This document shows, one piece after another, positions 13,457 to 24,100 of a stretch of DNA of 64,000 nucleotides. This DNA is from Podarcis filfolensis (Eukaryota), in assembly GCA_964270895.1 (NCBI GenBank), contig OZ185439.1. One strand, 5' to 3'. Below the pieces are notes generated by a model. The model worked only from the letters and a program-made list of their open reading frames with translations. It was not told the origin of the DNA and ran no database searches. The translations under genes were made by a program, and so were the position numbers. The number at the start of each line of letters is the position of its first letter. The stretch's first letter is position 1.

Positions 13457-13572
13457 CAGGGCTTTTTCAGCCAGAACTCACGGGAACTCAGAGGTGGGTG
13501 CCATTGCCATTATAAAAGAACAAGGGGTGTTCATGGTGAGTTCTGGCACCTTTTTCTATAAAAATAGCACTG
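13457..13572. mobile_element. Short hAT-like MITE
   Basis: Ends cagggcttttt / aaaatagcactg with internal inverted gaactcac...gtgagttc. Confidence 0.55.
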
Positions 13573-14210
13573 GGGAGACTTAATGACACCAGCTGGCAAC
13601 AAGCCCAGAGCACCATCAACTGGTTGCCACTGTAACATTCTGAAGAGCACACTTTTTAGACTTCTTGTGGTAAATGCATACTTGTGTGCAAACTTTACCA
13701 GCATGGGTCAGCCAACCGACCAAATCAATTCCAGGACCTATCTTGAGAATTCAGCCTCACATCACAGATTTCCCTCTGAGAAAGTTGCATGGAGAATTCT
13801 GATGATTCCATGGGAATCATCCCTAAAGCCATCAAGTGCAAGCTAAACATTACATCATTCTTAAAACAGTTGGAAATTATACACCAATTTAGCTGAATTC
13901 ACAGCATGCCCCATCCCAACATGGCAGAGCGAATAACAGATTAAAACACAAACACAAAAATGCCTCTCTAAAATCCTGTTGCGATCCAAGTAAAACAGCC
14001 AAAGAACAAAACAGCAGCTGAGTTTCCCAGTCACCAAGCAGCTTCTCTTTAGCCCACCACAAACCAACCTCAACAGAAATGGACTGCTTGCAAGTGTGCT
14101 GAAAGTCATACTGGAGCTATTCCCCAGCCTTAAGTATACTCTCTGTCTTTGAGGAGTTAAAGCTTCTCAAATAGAGACACTTACTGGCTTGATTCCTTAG
14201 AGAAGTTAAC

Positions 14211-14303
14211 AGAGCAATCCTAGTCATGTCTACTCAGAAGTAAGTTTCTATTCTGTCCAATAGATCTTACCCCCAGATAAGTAAGGGGGCATAGGACTGC
14301 AGC
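14211..14303. repeat. About 90-bp palindromic repeat copy
   Basis: gcaatccta...tactcagaagtaag...taggactgc. Confidence 0.65.
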
Positions 14304-16067
14304 CAAAAATGTGTTTATGAACTTATTTATTTATTGTAATTTCTATAGCGCTTTATATTTTTAATAAAAACCTCGAAGCATATGGTGTGCTCTCTTTATC
14401 ATATGGGATTATTTCTTAATACTTCATGTAAAGAGATTCCCTGGCCCTGGCAAGACTCCATGGGGAAGAAGTCCTTAGCTAAGCTATCAATGGTGCCTTT
14501 CTGTGTGTACTTGGCCAACCCCAGAGAGCACAATCAAACATCAGAGAGGAAGTTGTCTCCCCTAAACCCCTTTTCCCCTGCCTATGAAGTTGTCAGCCGC
14601 CTCCCCCACATTCCCCTCCTGACTCTTCTGCCAGCGCTCGCTCCTCCTGGGGGGCTGCCTTGCCAGCCGCTGCTACTGCGACAGCTCCTGCACTTTCTGC
14701 AGACGCAACCCTCGCATAACAGGAGAAGAATGGTGCTCTCTGTTCCCACAGCACACCCCGTGCATCTGCACCAGAGGCGAAAGGAACCGCAGCCCCAATG
14801 TAATCGGGCAGCCTCACACTTAAGCCCTTACGTACACAAATCCTTTATCGAAAGGCATTTGGGGCTTTCATTTTCACCTCACTTTTCGTGTGGACATTTG
14901 CTGCTCTTCAGGTTTAGTTCTTTCGGCAAACCACTCCTCAACTTTACCCAACTTTCTTCAGTGGTTGATTTTGCACTAAACACACATCTGGGCTATTTCC
15001 AGCTCTCTGTATACATTGGGGATAACCAATATGGAACCCTTCAGATGCTACTGAGCTCCCATCAGCCCTAGGTAGCATGGTGAGAGATAATGGCAGTTGT
15101 AGTCCAGCAATGTCTGAAGAGCACCATGTTGGCTTTCTCTGGTGTGCATCCTTGTTACACACAGAGCCACCTGTAAGACACACGGCACTTCCCCTTGCCA
15201 ACATAAGGAAAACAGTAAGATGCAATTCTTCAACACTTCAACACTACGGCTTGGGGGATGTGCTTGAGGCAGAAGCAGTGGTGGTTGTTTCTTACCCATG
15301 AGAGCTGTACTGAAGCAGCTCCCACTTCAGAAACTATCCACAGTTTTTAGAGCTTCCCATTATTTATTTTCTTTGCGCTAGCTAGTTTCATCCCAAGGGA
15401 CTAACCGGTGGGATACGAAGCTGCACTGTACTAGGCCGGACTGCTTGTCAATCTTCAGGGTCAATCCAAGGCACTGCCTACAGTTGGAACAGCAAATGGC
15501 TGCCCCCCAGATCAGGTACCCACTCCCTTCTCCCCAGTTCAAGTTGTATATTGACCAAGGTTGGTCAAGTTATTTGGGCCCCTGGTCCTATTCCCAACAG
15601 AGCAAAAACACAATAATAAATTAAATAAGGGGTTTCTGCCTTTTCATGTTCGCCTGATACAATTGCCTCACTGGCCATGATTTTCTGGAAAATGTTGACT
15701 AGGAATAATTTCAAGAACATTTTCCTATGCAAATGAAGTGGATTTGCATAGGGTGATTTGAAAATGGGGCAAGTAGAGAATGGTCTATGTTTATTTTACT
15801 TGCATTTAGTAAACCAAACTTTTAAAAAGTACCCAATTTCTTACCACAAATGTCTGACCTGAAATATATGTATCCTCTTCACATACTAGCGATAATCACC
15901 TGGAAAAACATTAATTGAAACTTTGGAACTCCCAAGCTTGCCTCACAGCGTATTTACAGTAGGTACCCATTTGTGGTTACTAATGAAATGGGAAATTTTC
16001 CACAGTAAAATGAAGCACTGAGGAAACTAATTCCAGAATTACTTCCACTCAACATCACTGCCTAATG

Positions 16068-16203
16068 CAGGCTTCCTCAAACTCAGTCCTCCAGATCTTT
16101 TGATACTACAGTTCCCATCATTCCTGACCACTGGTCCTGCTAGCTAGGGATCATGGGAGCTGTAGGCCAAAAACATCTGGAGGGCCGAGTTTGAGGAAGC
16201 CTG
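16068..16203. mobile_element. Complete 136-bp hAT MITE with 8-bp TSD
   Basis: TIR caggcttcctcaaactc is 17/17 and extends to 27/29; GCCTAATG flanks both sides (16060-16067 and 16204-16211). Confidence 0.93.
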
Positions 16204-16634
16204 GCCTAATGGTATGGCCAGCCCTCTCCATCTTTCCTAGGACTAGTGTTGAATGGTAGGCAGTAGCTCTTCAGTGTCTCAGGTAGAGTGAGTGGTGTAG
16301 TTCAACTCTAGATATGAATGGGCCAAGTTCACATTGCTGGCTAATAGAAGCCAGCACAAGTCCCACTAGCACAAGTCCCCCCAAACCCAGAGCAGGACAC
16401 GGGGCAGGTGAAGGGAGGAGATCATTCCATCTCGCAAGCAGAAACACTTGTACTGAGTGAATGATCACCACAGTAAGACCTTGAATCCCACCCAATGGTC
16501 TTATACCCAAACCCCAAACCCTTTAGGTGTCCTGCTAAATTTGGGGCCTCACATGCCCTGCCCACTTTGCTGAGTGGGACTCTGGACCCTGCCTCCAATT
16601 CCTGTGTTGTTGGCCCTACTAGGCAGTCCCTCGC

Positions 16635-16730
16635 CTGCTGCTTGACCCTTTCAATTGATAATACCAGGGACTGAACCCAGAGTCTTCTAAATGCATTGGC
16701 ATGTGTTCTTCTCCTGAGCAATGATGGTCA
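16635..16730 (-). mobile_element. tRNA-derived SINE head fragment
   Basis: Minus strand gctcaggagaagaacacatg...ctgggttcagtccctgg, with degenerate A and B boxes. Confidence 0.45.
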
Positions 16731-18060
16731 CTTTTGAAAGCCAGTCACCACCTCCAAGGTGCAGGGAGAAGGCAGGGAACTCTCATTTCAGGGCTCTGTC
16801 TCACTCAGATATATTCAGACAAACTACAGTAATAACTATAATGAACTATTCCCATTGTGAATGACTATTCCCATAGTGAATGAACACTGTTACTATTATC
16901 CAACAGCAAAGCTGATATCTGGACACAAAAATGGACATATACAGTGCCATAAAGGTTAACAGGAGGTTACATTAAGAGACCTAGGCTGCAATACTAGGCC
17001 CACATATCTCTGCGGGGGTTACTTCTGAGTAGACATGAGTAGGATTGCACTACACAGACCACGATTCCTGAAAACTGCAGATTCAGGAAGTGCTGGACAA
17101 TTGTCAACTACTATCTATTCAGATTACATATACATAAATAAATGACTCTTTGTAGACTGGTCAGTTACTATTGGAATAAGGCAAACCTATGAGAGCAGTC
17201 CTGTCGAGCTCCGGAGAATGAAATATTCATTTTAAAGGTTTGCATTATAAATGCAGAAAGCCAGATCCTCAGGTACTGATGGAAACTGGCCTCACCAGAC
17301 TATAATGTCAGCTGGTCCAACCACATCCTAAACTGGTAAAGTGAGTAGACATTTATTTATTATATTTAGATTCCTTTCCTGCCCTGGCCCTAGGGCAGCA
17401 TGCAGGTTGCAATGCATCCAGGGATGAGTGGTGGAGGAAAAGTTTCCAGTGCTTTTCCAGTGAATTTTTTCCTTGTCGTAAGGTCATTATTGACAATAAA
17501 TGAATGCAGGTTGCAAATACAATGTTAGGTAACCTTGGGAGTTTTAGTTTTGTTTACTGAATGCAAATGAAAATAAACAAGCATTCTATATCAGAACACC
17601 CTGTAGGGCATCAGAAAATTTTCTCGGTGTAAAAGGAAAATTTTCCCAGCGCAAATTGCTGTCATGTGTAGACATAAAATTTCCCAGAAAAATTCCCAGT
17701 TCAACATTTTCTGGAAATCCCACATCACTGAATGCTGCCTTTCCTTGCTGCATCTTCTCAATAACCCTGCAAAGTAAGACAGACTAAATGACAGCCATTC
17801 GATAAACTGCATAACTGAGCAAATATTGGAACATTTGGACCCACCACATTGGCTTATATTGTATATGAACAAGAAAAAAGATAAAATTACAGTACAATCC
17901 TGTGCAAAATTACTCAGAAGTAAACCTCAATGTCTGCAAAGCAACTTACTCCCACCAGGTAAGAAAGGGGATTTTAGGAATAACTTTCTGACAGCATGGG
18001 CGGTTCTGTGGTGGACCAGATTACCTAGTGGGTTCACCTAATCTTTGGTTTTTAAGCAGA

Positions 18061-18385
18061 AGTTGAAGAGATGCTCATTTGGGATGATGTGGAGGTAGTT
18101 TTCCTGTACCTGCAAGGGCATGGACTAGGTGAGCTTTGTGTTCCCTTCCACCTCTGTGACTTTAAGCATAAGTGCCTAAGAACATAAAACAAGATCAGCC
18201 CTGCTGGATAGGAAAGTGGCCCCTCTAGTCTAGCAGCCTTTCCTCACCCTGCAGCAACACTCTCCCCTCCTGTGGGTTCCAGCAGCTGGTATTCAGACTC
18301 GAATATTGGACACAGCCTTATCCTCCATCTATCGTGGATTTGTCGAAGCCTCTTTTAAAGTCATCCTAAATTGGTGGCCATCACT
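18061..18385. mobile_element. Two adjacent CR1-type 3' fragments: plus 18061-18160, minus 18168-18385
   Basis: tggactaggtga...ttcccttcca (plus), and taagaacata...ctgctggat...ctagtctagca (minus). Confidence 0.55.
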
Positions 18386-18972
18386 GTTGCTTTCGGGTGC
18401 TCATTCACATTGCATAAAAGGTGTGTAAGGTTGCAACCTTAATGTATTTCCAGAACGGCAAAGACAGGCTTGCTTCACTTCACTTGCAGAGCCTAGTATG
18501 TGTCTAGACACTCAGCTGGTTTATAACACTGGGGTTCACTCTTGAGCTAATCAAAGAAAAAAAATTGTTTCCGAGAATGTGCAGAGTACCTTTCCCTCTC
18601 CACTGAGTAACCATATCGGTCCCCATTGCTGCCATACACTCAGGCTAAGGAGTCATTCTGCCATAAGACGACATCTCACCTCTCCTTAGAATCGTAGCAC
18701 TAAGCATTGCGTCCCCTAATACTTAAAAGGGCTTTAAAACAATTCATTAAAAACACAAGGGACACTCAGCTCTCCACCCACCTCCAGATACCATTCGGCA
18801 GCCACGCCTTCCCCTTCCTTATCTTCCCCCGCACAATCTTGCAGACTAAACTTATAAAGTCTGCGAATATTTATTACACGGGGGAACTAAATACACCCCC
18901 CTTACAATTGTGTTTTGGAGCAACAGCAAGACCGGAAGCGAAAGAAGGGGCGGGGCGGGGGGTCGGTCCTTT

Positions 18973-18974
<2 letters not shown>

Positions 18975-19045
<71 letters not shown>
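18975..19045. repeat. Compound microsatellite (TC)16(AC)19
   Basis: Counted directly. Confidence 0.97.
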
Positions 19046-19050
<5 letters not shown>

Positions 19051-19728
19051 GGGTACTGAAATCCTCCTCCGCTTCGCGCCAAACCGGCCCCAAGTCTCGC
19101 GTTCACCTTTTCATCTCCTACAGTTTCACTGGACCTCACCTAGAGGGTTTTCGGAGCACCAGATGTATGTCAAGGAGGTTCAAATAGTCTCTCACACACA
19201 GTATTTCCCTTAATCCTTTCAAAAAGAAGCCGGTTGTGTCACGATTTCACACACCCGATTTGTTGTTTCTTAGTCCCATCACCACGAGCATCAGAACCAA
19301 AATCCTCCCCCAAGCGGCACCCTCGACTCCTTCTCCGTCGGCGGAATGGGGCTCCGTGGACCTCAGCGAATCCCCCCTCTCTAGGGGTGGGTCCTGGAGG
19401 GAGACGGACCCGGCTGCGATTAGGGACTCCTCTTCGCTCGCCACTTTTCCCCAGCCTCACAAACCCACCCCCGGCGCCCTGGCCAGTCTCGGTCCCGAGG
19501 CAACGCCTGTGGGGCAAGGATCCGTCTCAACCCACCCACCCGCCCATTCATTAAACGCTACAGAGAAACCCACGTTTTAAGAGACTTAAGCCTCCTACAA
19601 GTCACACTCGGCTGCTTAGGCAGGACGATAAATTGAGGACAAGCGAACTAGCAATCCTTTCCGAAGTACCGATACTGCCCCTTTCCCACGCTGAGGGTGG
19701 GGGAAGCAAACGAACCCTTCCCCCTTAC

Positions 19729-19744
19729 CTTTATATTTATCCAT
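19729..19744 (-). CDS. AFAP1L2: AFAP1L2 first coding exon, 16 nt (MDKYK plus first base of the next codon)
   Basis: ccaggATGGATAAATATAAAG|gtaagg: strong Kozak context and strong donor inside a CpG island. Mammalian AFAP1L2 starts MERYKA, and AFAP1L2 lies immediately downstream of ABLIM1 on the same strand in human (remembered synteny). Confidence 0.85.
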
Positions 19745-19995
19745 CCTGGATCCTTCCTTTCTTTTTATTTAGTTTTTAATTCTGGCCGCGTAGGGCAGGG
19801 AGACCTTGCATAGGGCGGCGGCGGACTCGGGCTTCCCACGCCCGCCCCTGAGTTAAAGCCCTCTCCCCGCGGGACGCGCCGGCTCGCTCCTTCCTCGCCC
19901 GCGCCAGGCTGCATTGGCGTCCCAAGCAGCTCTGCCTCTGCCTCTCCAGTTCTCCTCGCTCCGGCTGGCTCCCTTCGTGCCGAGCGCCGCCCCTT

Positions 19996-20009
19996 CCGTG
20001 ACGTCACGG
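19996..20009. promoter_or_regulatory. Full CRE (TGACGTCA) inside the 14-bp palindrome CCGTGACGTCACGG
   Basis: Read directly; about 255 bp upstream of the AFAP1L2 ATG, next to a GC-box-like motif. Confidence 0.65.
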
Positions 20010-20227
20010 CAGCGGGATCTACTGGGGCTAAAGGAGCTGGCTTGCCCGAGGGGGTCTTTGGGGAGCGGCGGTTGCCCCTCGAAAGTTGCATCATTATCAT
20101 CCTCCTCCCTTCTTGGTCAAGTACTTATCCAAACGTGGCAGAAGCACTTATGTATTAATTTAACGTTAATAAGGGAACAAAAAGCAGCTGTTTTCGCCTC
20201 GCAGTGCCAACGCCTTGGAAACGGAGA

Positions 20228-20395
20228 GATCGGCTTCAAAGAGAATGATCAAATTCGGAAGGTGGTGGACTTTCCTTCCTTGGAGGTTTTTAAGCGCAGG
20301 TTGGACGGCCACCTGTCGTGAATAATTAGCTGTGATTCCTGCATTGCAGGGGGTTGGACTAGATGACCCTCGGAGTCCCTTCCAACTACGATTCC
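20228..20395 (+). mobile_element. CR1 LINE 3' end inside the CpG island
   Basis: ggtggtggactttccttccttggaggtttttaag...gattcctgcattgcagggggttggactagatgaccc...cccttccaact. Confidence 0.85.
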
Positions 20396-21077
20396 TCTGT
20401 GCTAGATAAGGGGTAATAGCAAACTGCGGGCGTTTAATAGGCGAGGGTGCTGCCTCCCTCGCTGGAAACGGGCTTTGCAAAGCGAGAGAGAAAATCAGAA
20501 GAGTTTGCCAGCGGGGATGCAAGCTGGAGCGCGGCGCTGAGCAGAGCTGCTGCGAAGATTAGAAAGTTGGCCAGCGGAGTCGGAGAGGACGAAGGCTGCA
20601 ATCCCACAGCCCTGTTGGAAGTGCTTCCCTGCCCTTCCGGACAGGTTAGAAATTGCAGCGACTTCCGCCTCAGCCAGGGAAAACACTCCCTTCCCCCGAA
20701 CCCTGAGTTATCTGCAAGATTACACGAGCTGAACACTTTGAAGCCAGAATGTTTGCTGAATATAATTTGTAGAGCAGGAACGATTTTACGCATCTTTTTA
20801 AAAAAGGCTTTCTGTACAGTTGCAGAAACGGGAGAGGGATGCTCAGCACTTTCTGGGAGATGCATGGGAATAAATCAGTGGCTGTTTGTTTCTAGCCTTA
20901 GAACAGGAGAGGGAATTCTCAAGCCCTGGCATCATGCAGCCCTCAAAGCTTCTAGATCCAGAGACTCCTCCCAAGCCCAGCCCGCTTCTGATTCTGAGTG
21001 TTTTTGCCTGCCTGGAATGCGTTCTTGGACTCTGGTGATTCTTTCTGCTTCACCCTTGCCCTAGGTTTCCCCTAGAG

Positions 21078-21160
21078 CAGCCTTTCTCAACCTTGGGTCC
21101 CCAGATGGACTACAACTCCCATCATCCCTGGCTGCTGGCCCTTCTCACTAGGCTGCCCTA
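21078..21160. mobile_element. hAT MITE fragment (family of 16068)
   Basis: cagcctttctcaaccttgggtccccagat...gactacaactcccatcatccc. Confidence 0.65.
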
Positions 21161-24100
21161 GAGTCTGTTGGGATAGAAATAACTAATAATAACTAATAAT
21201 AATAATAGGAAAATACAGCTGTGTTGCAGGTTCAATGGTTTACATGCCCTGCCCTTCCTCTTTTAGGCCTGTTTAGCAACCTTGCCTATCTGCGCTTTCT
21301 TCAAAAAGCAGGCAAGAAATAACAGAAAAATACTTCAGAATTTGTCCAGCAGGGTTGGACAGAATGAGGGGACTGCCTCAGGCAACTAACACTGCAGGAC
21401 AGCAGCAGTCCCTTGGCTCATCCTTCTTGAGTCCTGAGCCTTGTGTACTAGAGGGGCATGCTACACTTCCTGAACACTTTCTGAACAAACCTGCCTCCCT
21501 CAAGTGCTAGGGCCATTGCTAGGACCAGTTTGCATGCAATGCACGATTGAGCAAATGTTCAAGTTCCTAGAGAGATGATTGTAGTCACCATGGACCTGCT
21601 ACTGCCAAGCTGCCTGGACCTAAGCCATGGTTTGGCCTACTGTTGCATTCCAGCTGAGGCTTGCGGTTTGTCTCCCCCAGGTAAACCGCAAACAGCAAAT
21701 CAAGAACAATACTTGGTTACAGCTCATTGTTTGCCTGAGGGGATAAACTTAAGAAAAGTTTGTGATTTACCTGTGTATTGAGCATACTCTCTCACTTTGT
21801 CTATTCAGTATTCCTAAAGGTTGCATAAGGACTTGGGTTTGGGACATCATTCTGAACACTAGAAACCCTAAGCCTTGGTTTCCAAGTAAATACATTTAGG
21901 AATTGGGACTCGGGGAGAATATAGAAAACGCATGGTAAGCAGTAACTCTAGCCATAATTAACTCAGCAGGACAGCATCACACATTTACTGTTTTAATTGG
22001 TCCTACTGAGTTTACTGGGATGACTCTGAAGTAAATTTCCTAAGCGGTGTTGTTTTAATTTTAACATCCTGGTAAATAAAAGGAAATCCTTGTTTCAGAT
22101 GTGGATTAAGTCCTTTGAAGACAATTGCATTCTGTGAAACATTCGGATATTCCACAAAGGATTGGCAGCTGGTTATCTGGGTGGAATGATAGGCAATTTA
22201 AAGCCAGAGGCTCCTGAGGAATTGATTCCTGCTGTATTTTTAACTGAAATGTAAATTGCAAGGTACTAGTTACATAATAATCAGCAGCATAACTTTTGCA
22301 CCAAAAGGTCTTTCCTTTGCCTAAAGTGGAAAAGCTTAATGAAAGCTGCTTTGCTAGGGAGCCTAAAGGAAGGATATGGTTTCTCAGAACTGTGAGGTTA
22401 CCATTTGTTTACTAATGGGGGGAAAGGCCATCTGTTAGAAAGACATATTTAACATTTTCACGCAGTATAGTTTGAGACAACTACATAATAGGATTAGACA
22501 ACGGAGGTAAACTGGTTTTGTAAAAAAATAACGCGTTCAAGGCCCTTCCGTATTCTGGAATGTGTACGTTTAGAATATATTTTGGTATATGCTGAAAACG
22601 TGTACTGCTAGTGTTTCTTAGAATTAGAAGAAAGTTGACAGTAGCTCCTGCTTTTTCTCTTTTTTATTATTTGGACAAAAAGCAAAGACTGCCATGTTGG
22701 CCCATAAAGAACATTTGCAAAATTTCTTTATTAGGCTAATAGTGTGCAATCTTTAGAGTCCTGTAGAATTCTTCATGGTAGGAGGAGAATGGATGCACCT
22801 CATCTCCAGTTAGAGTGCCCTAAGGGTAAGTCGTAGTTAGAAATAAGTACCTGGAACAGAATACTCTCTGTATTTTCAGTACAGAAATAGCAAAATATAA
22901 TGGATTTTTTTAAAAAAAGAAATACTTGAGGTCTGTGCTTTCTATACACTATCTCAATCAATACTTCAAGGGAACCAACATTATACCATTATAAACAGCC
23001 AGGATCTCCCACCTGGAGCTCTTTCTGCCTCTCTGGTCTATGTAAAATATGATACCTGTTTGCTTGTGTGTGCTTTTTAAAAGTTTATCCAGGATCTCCT
23101 ACACTAGGATCTCCTTGTGACCCATTCTCCATTTCAGAATGGCAATTGGACCATGTGCTACCTTCCTTTTCTCCTTCTAGTGATACTAGTTCTTTTTAGC
23201 GTAGATGACCATAATGATACATTAGCCCACAAACCAATAATTAAGCTTCCTGACTGCCATTTTTAACCTTCAAATATCTCAAGTTAAGAAACAAGTCATG
23301 GCAAAACCTGGCATCATAAAGTCATATTAAACTAATAGCTCTGGGGAATAATCCTGAGTCACAAGGGGTAATTATGAACAGTAGTCAAGGCATAAGAGCC
23401 TCTGGCATTCCGAAATTGCACAAATGTGATGTTAAACCGCTTTGGGTTCCCCAGGAGATGAAGTGTCAGGCTCAGTATGAACATGCAGTAGAATAAGAAG
23501 TGCTTGAGTGGACTGTACCACTGCAGAGGCCAGGGGTGTGGTGCCATTTTAAACGCTTCCGCATGTAAAAACAACCTTTAAAAACTCTCTGCAAATAAAT
23601 AAAACCTAGTTCATTAGGGAAGTGTAGCTCTTTATCACTCAGGATCCTAGTCCCAATTCCATGGCACATGTAGATCAGGCTTTGGTCTGCAAATGGACTC
23701 AGGTGTGACAGAGTCACTGTACTTTCCGTAAGGGCATTCACTCCTGCCATTATGGTCCTATCACCTTCTTCCAATTATGCCTTAATACAGTCCTGCCCTA
23801 TGACATTTGCCTTTGATTTACAGCAGTTGAATGTAACATTAGACTCTTGTCACTTAGGACGGATTACTTGTATCCAAAGAAAGGCAAACTAGGGGCCTCT
23901 CCAGACATCTTTTCAAAAATGTATTTGTTATTAATTGGGCTTGTGATGTTATACATTATCTTGCTTTCAATACTCTTTGCACCTGCAAACGTTTAAGGGT
24001 CAACAGAGTGCTTCATTTCCAGTCAGTGTATGTCCCATAACTTGCTGCTGACATCCTGTAACCTTTTATACCATAAATGGGTTTTTTCTGGGTTGTTGTT

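Larger units (their letters stand above)
18900..20720. promoter_or_regulatory. AFAP1L2: CpG island / AFAP1L2 promoter region
   Basis: Visibly dense CpG and GC-rich sequence against a CpG-depleted background; GC box ggggcggg on the minus strand at 19841-19848. Confidence 0.85.

Noticed and set aside
14382-15071. Longest ORF in the window (229 aa, plus)
   Set aside because: Low-information composition, spans repeat relics, antisense in an intron, and no known motif.
18707-19213. 168-aa ORF with SL and TH repeats
   Set aside because: A translation of the (TC)n(AC)n microsatellite.
19236-19580. Several 65-114 aa ORFs in the CpG island, including MASEEESL...
   Set aside because: GC-rich stop-poor sequence; none ends at a usable donor in frame or resembles AFAP1L2.
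1-19728. AFAP1L2 exon 2 (ALEQLLTEL...) within the window
   Set aside because: No minus-strand segment encoding it was found by eye; intron 1 probably extends past the left edge.
20447-21064. 205-aa plus-strand ORF as a divergent gene
   Set aside because: GTG start, island-edge composition and no homology recognised; a divergent lncRNA cannot be excluded.
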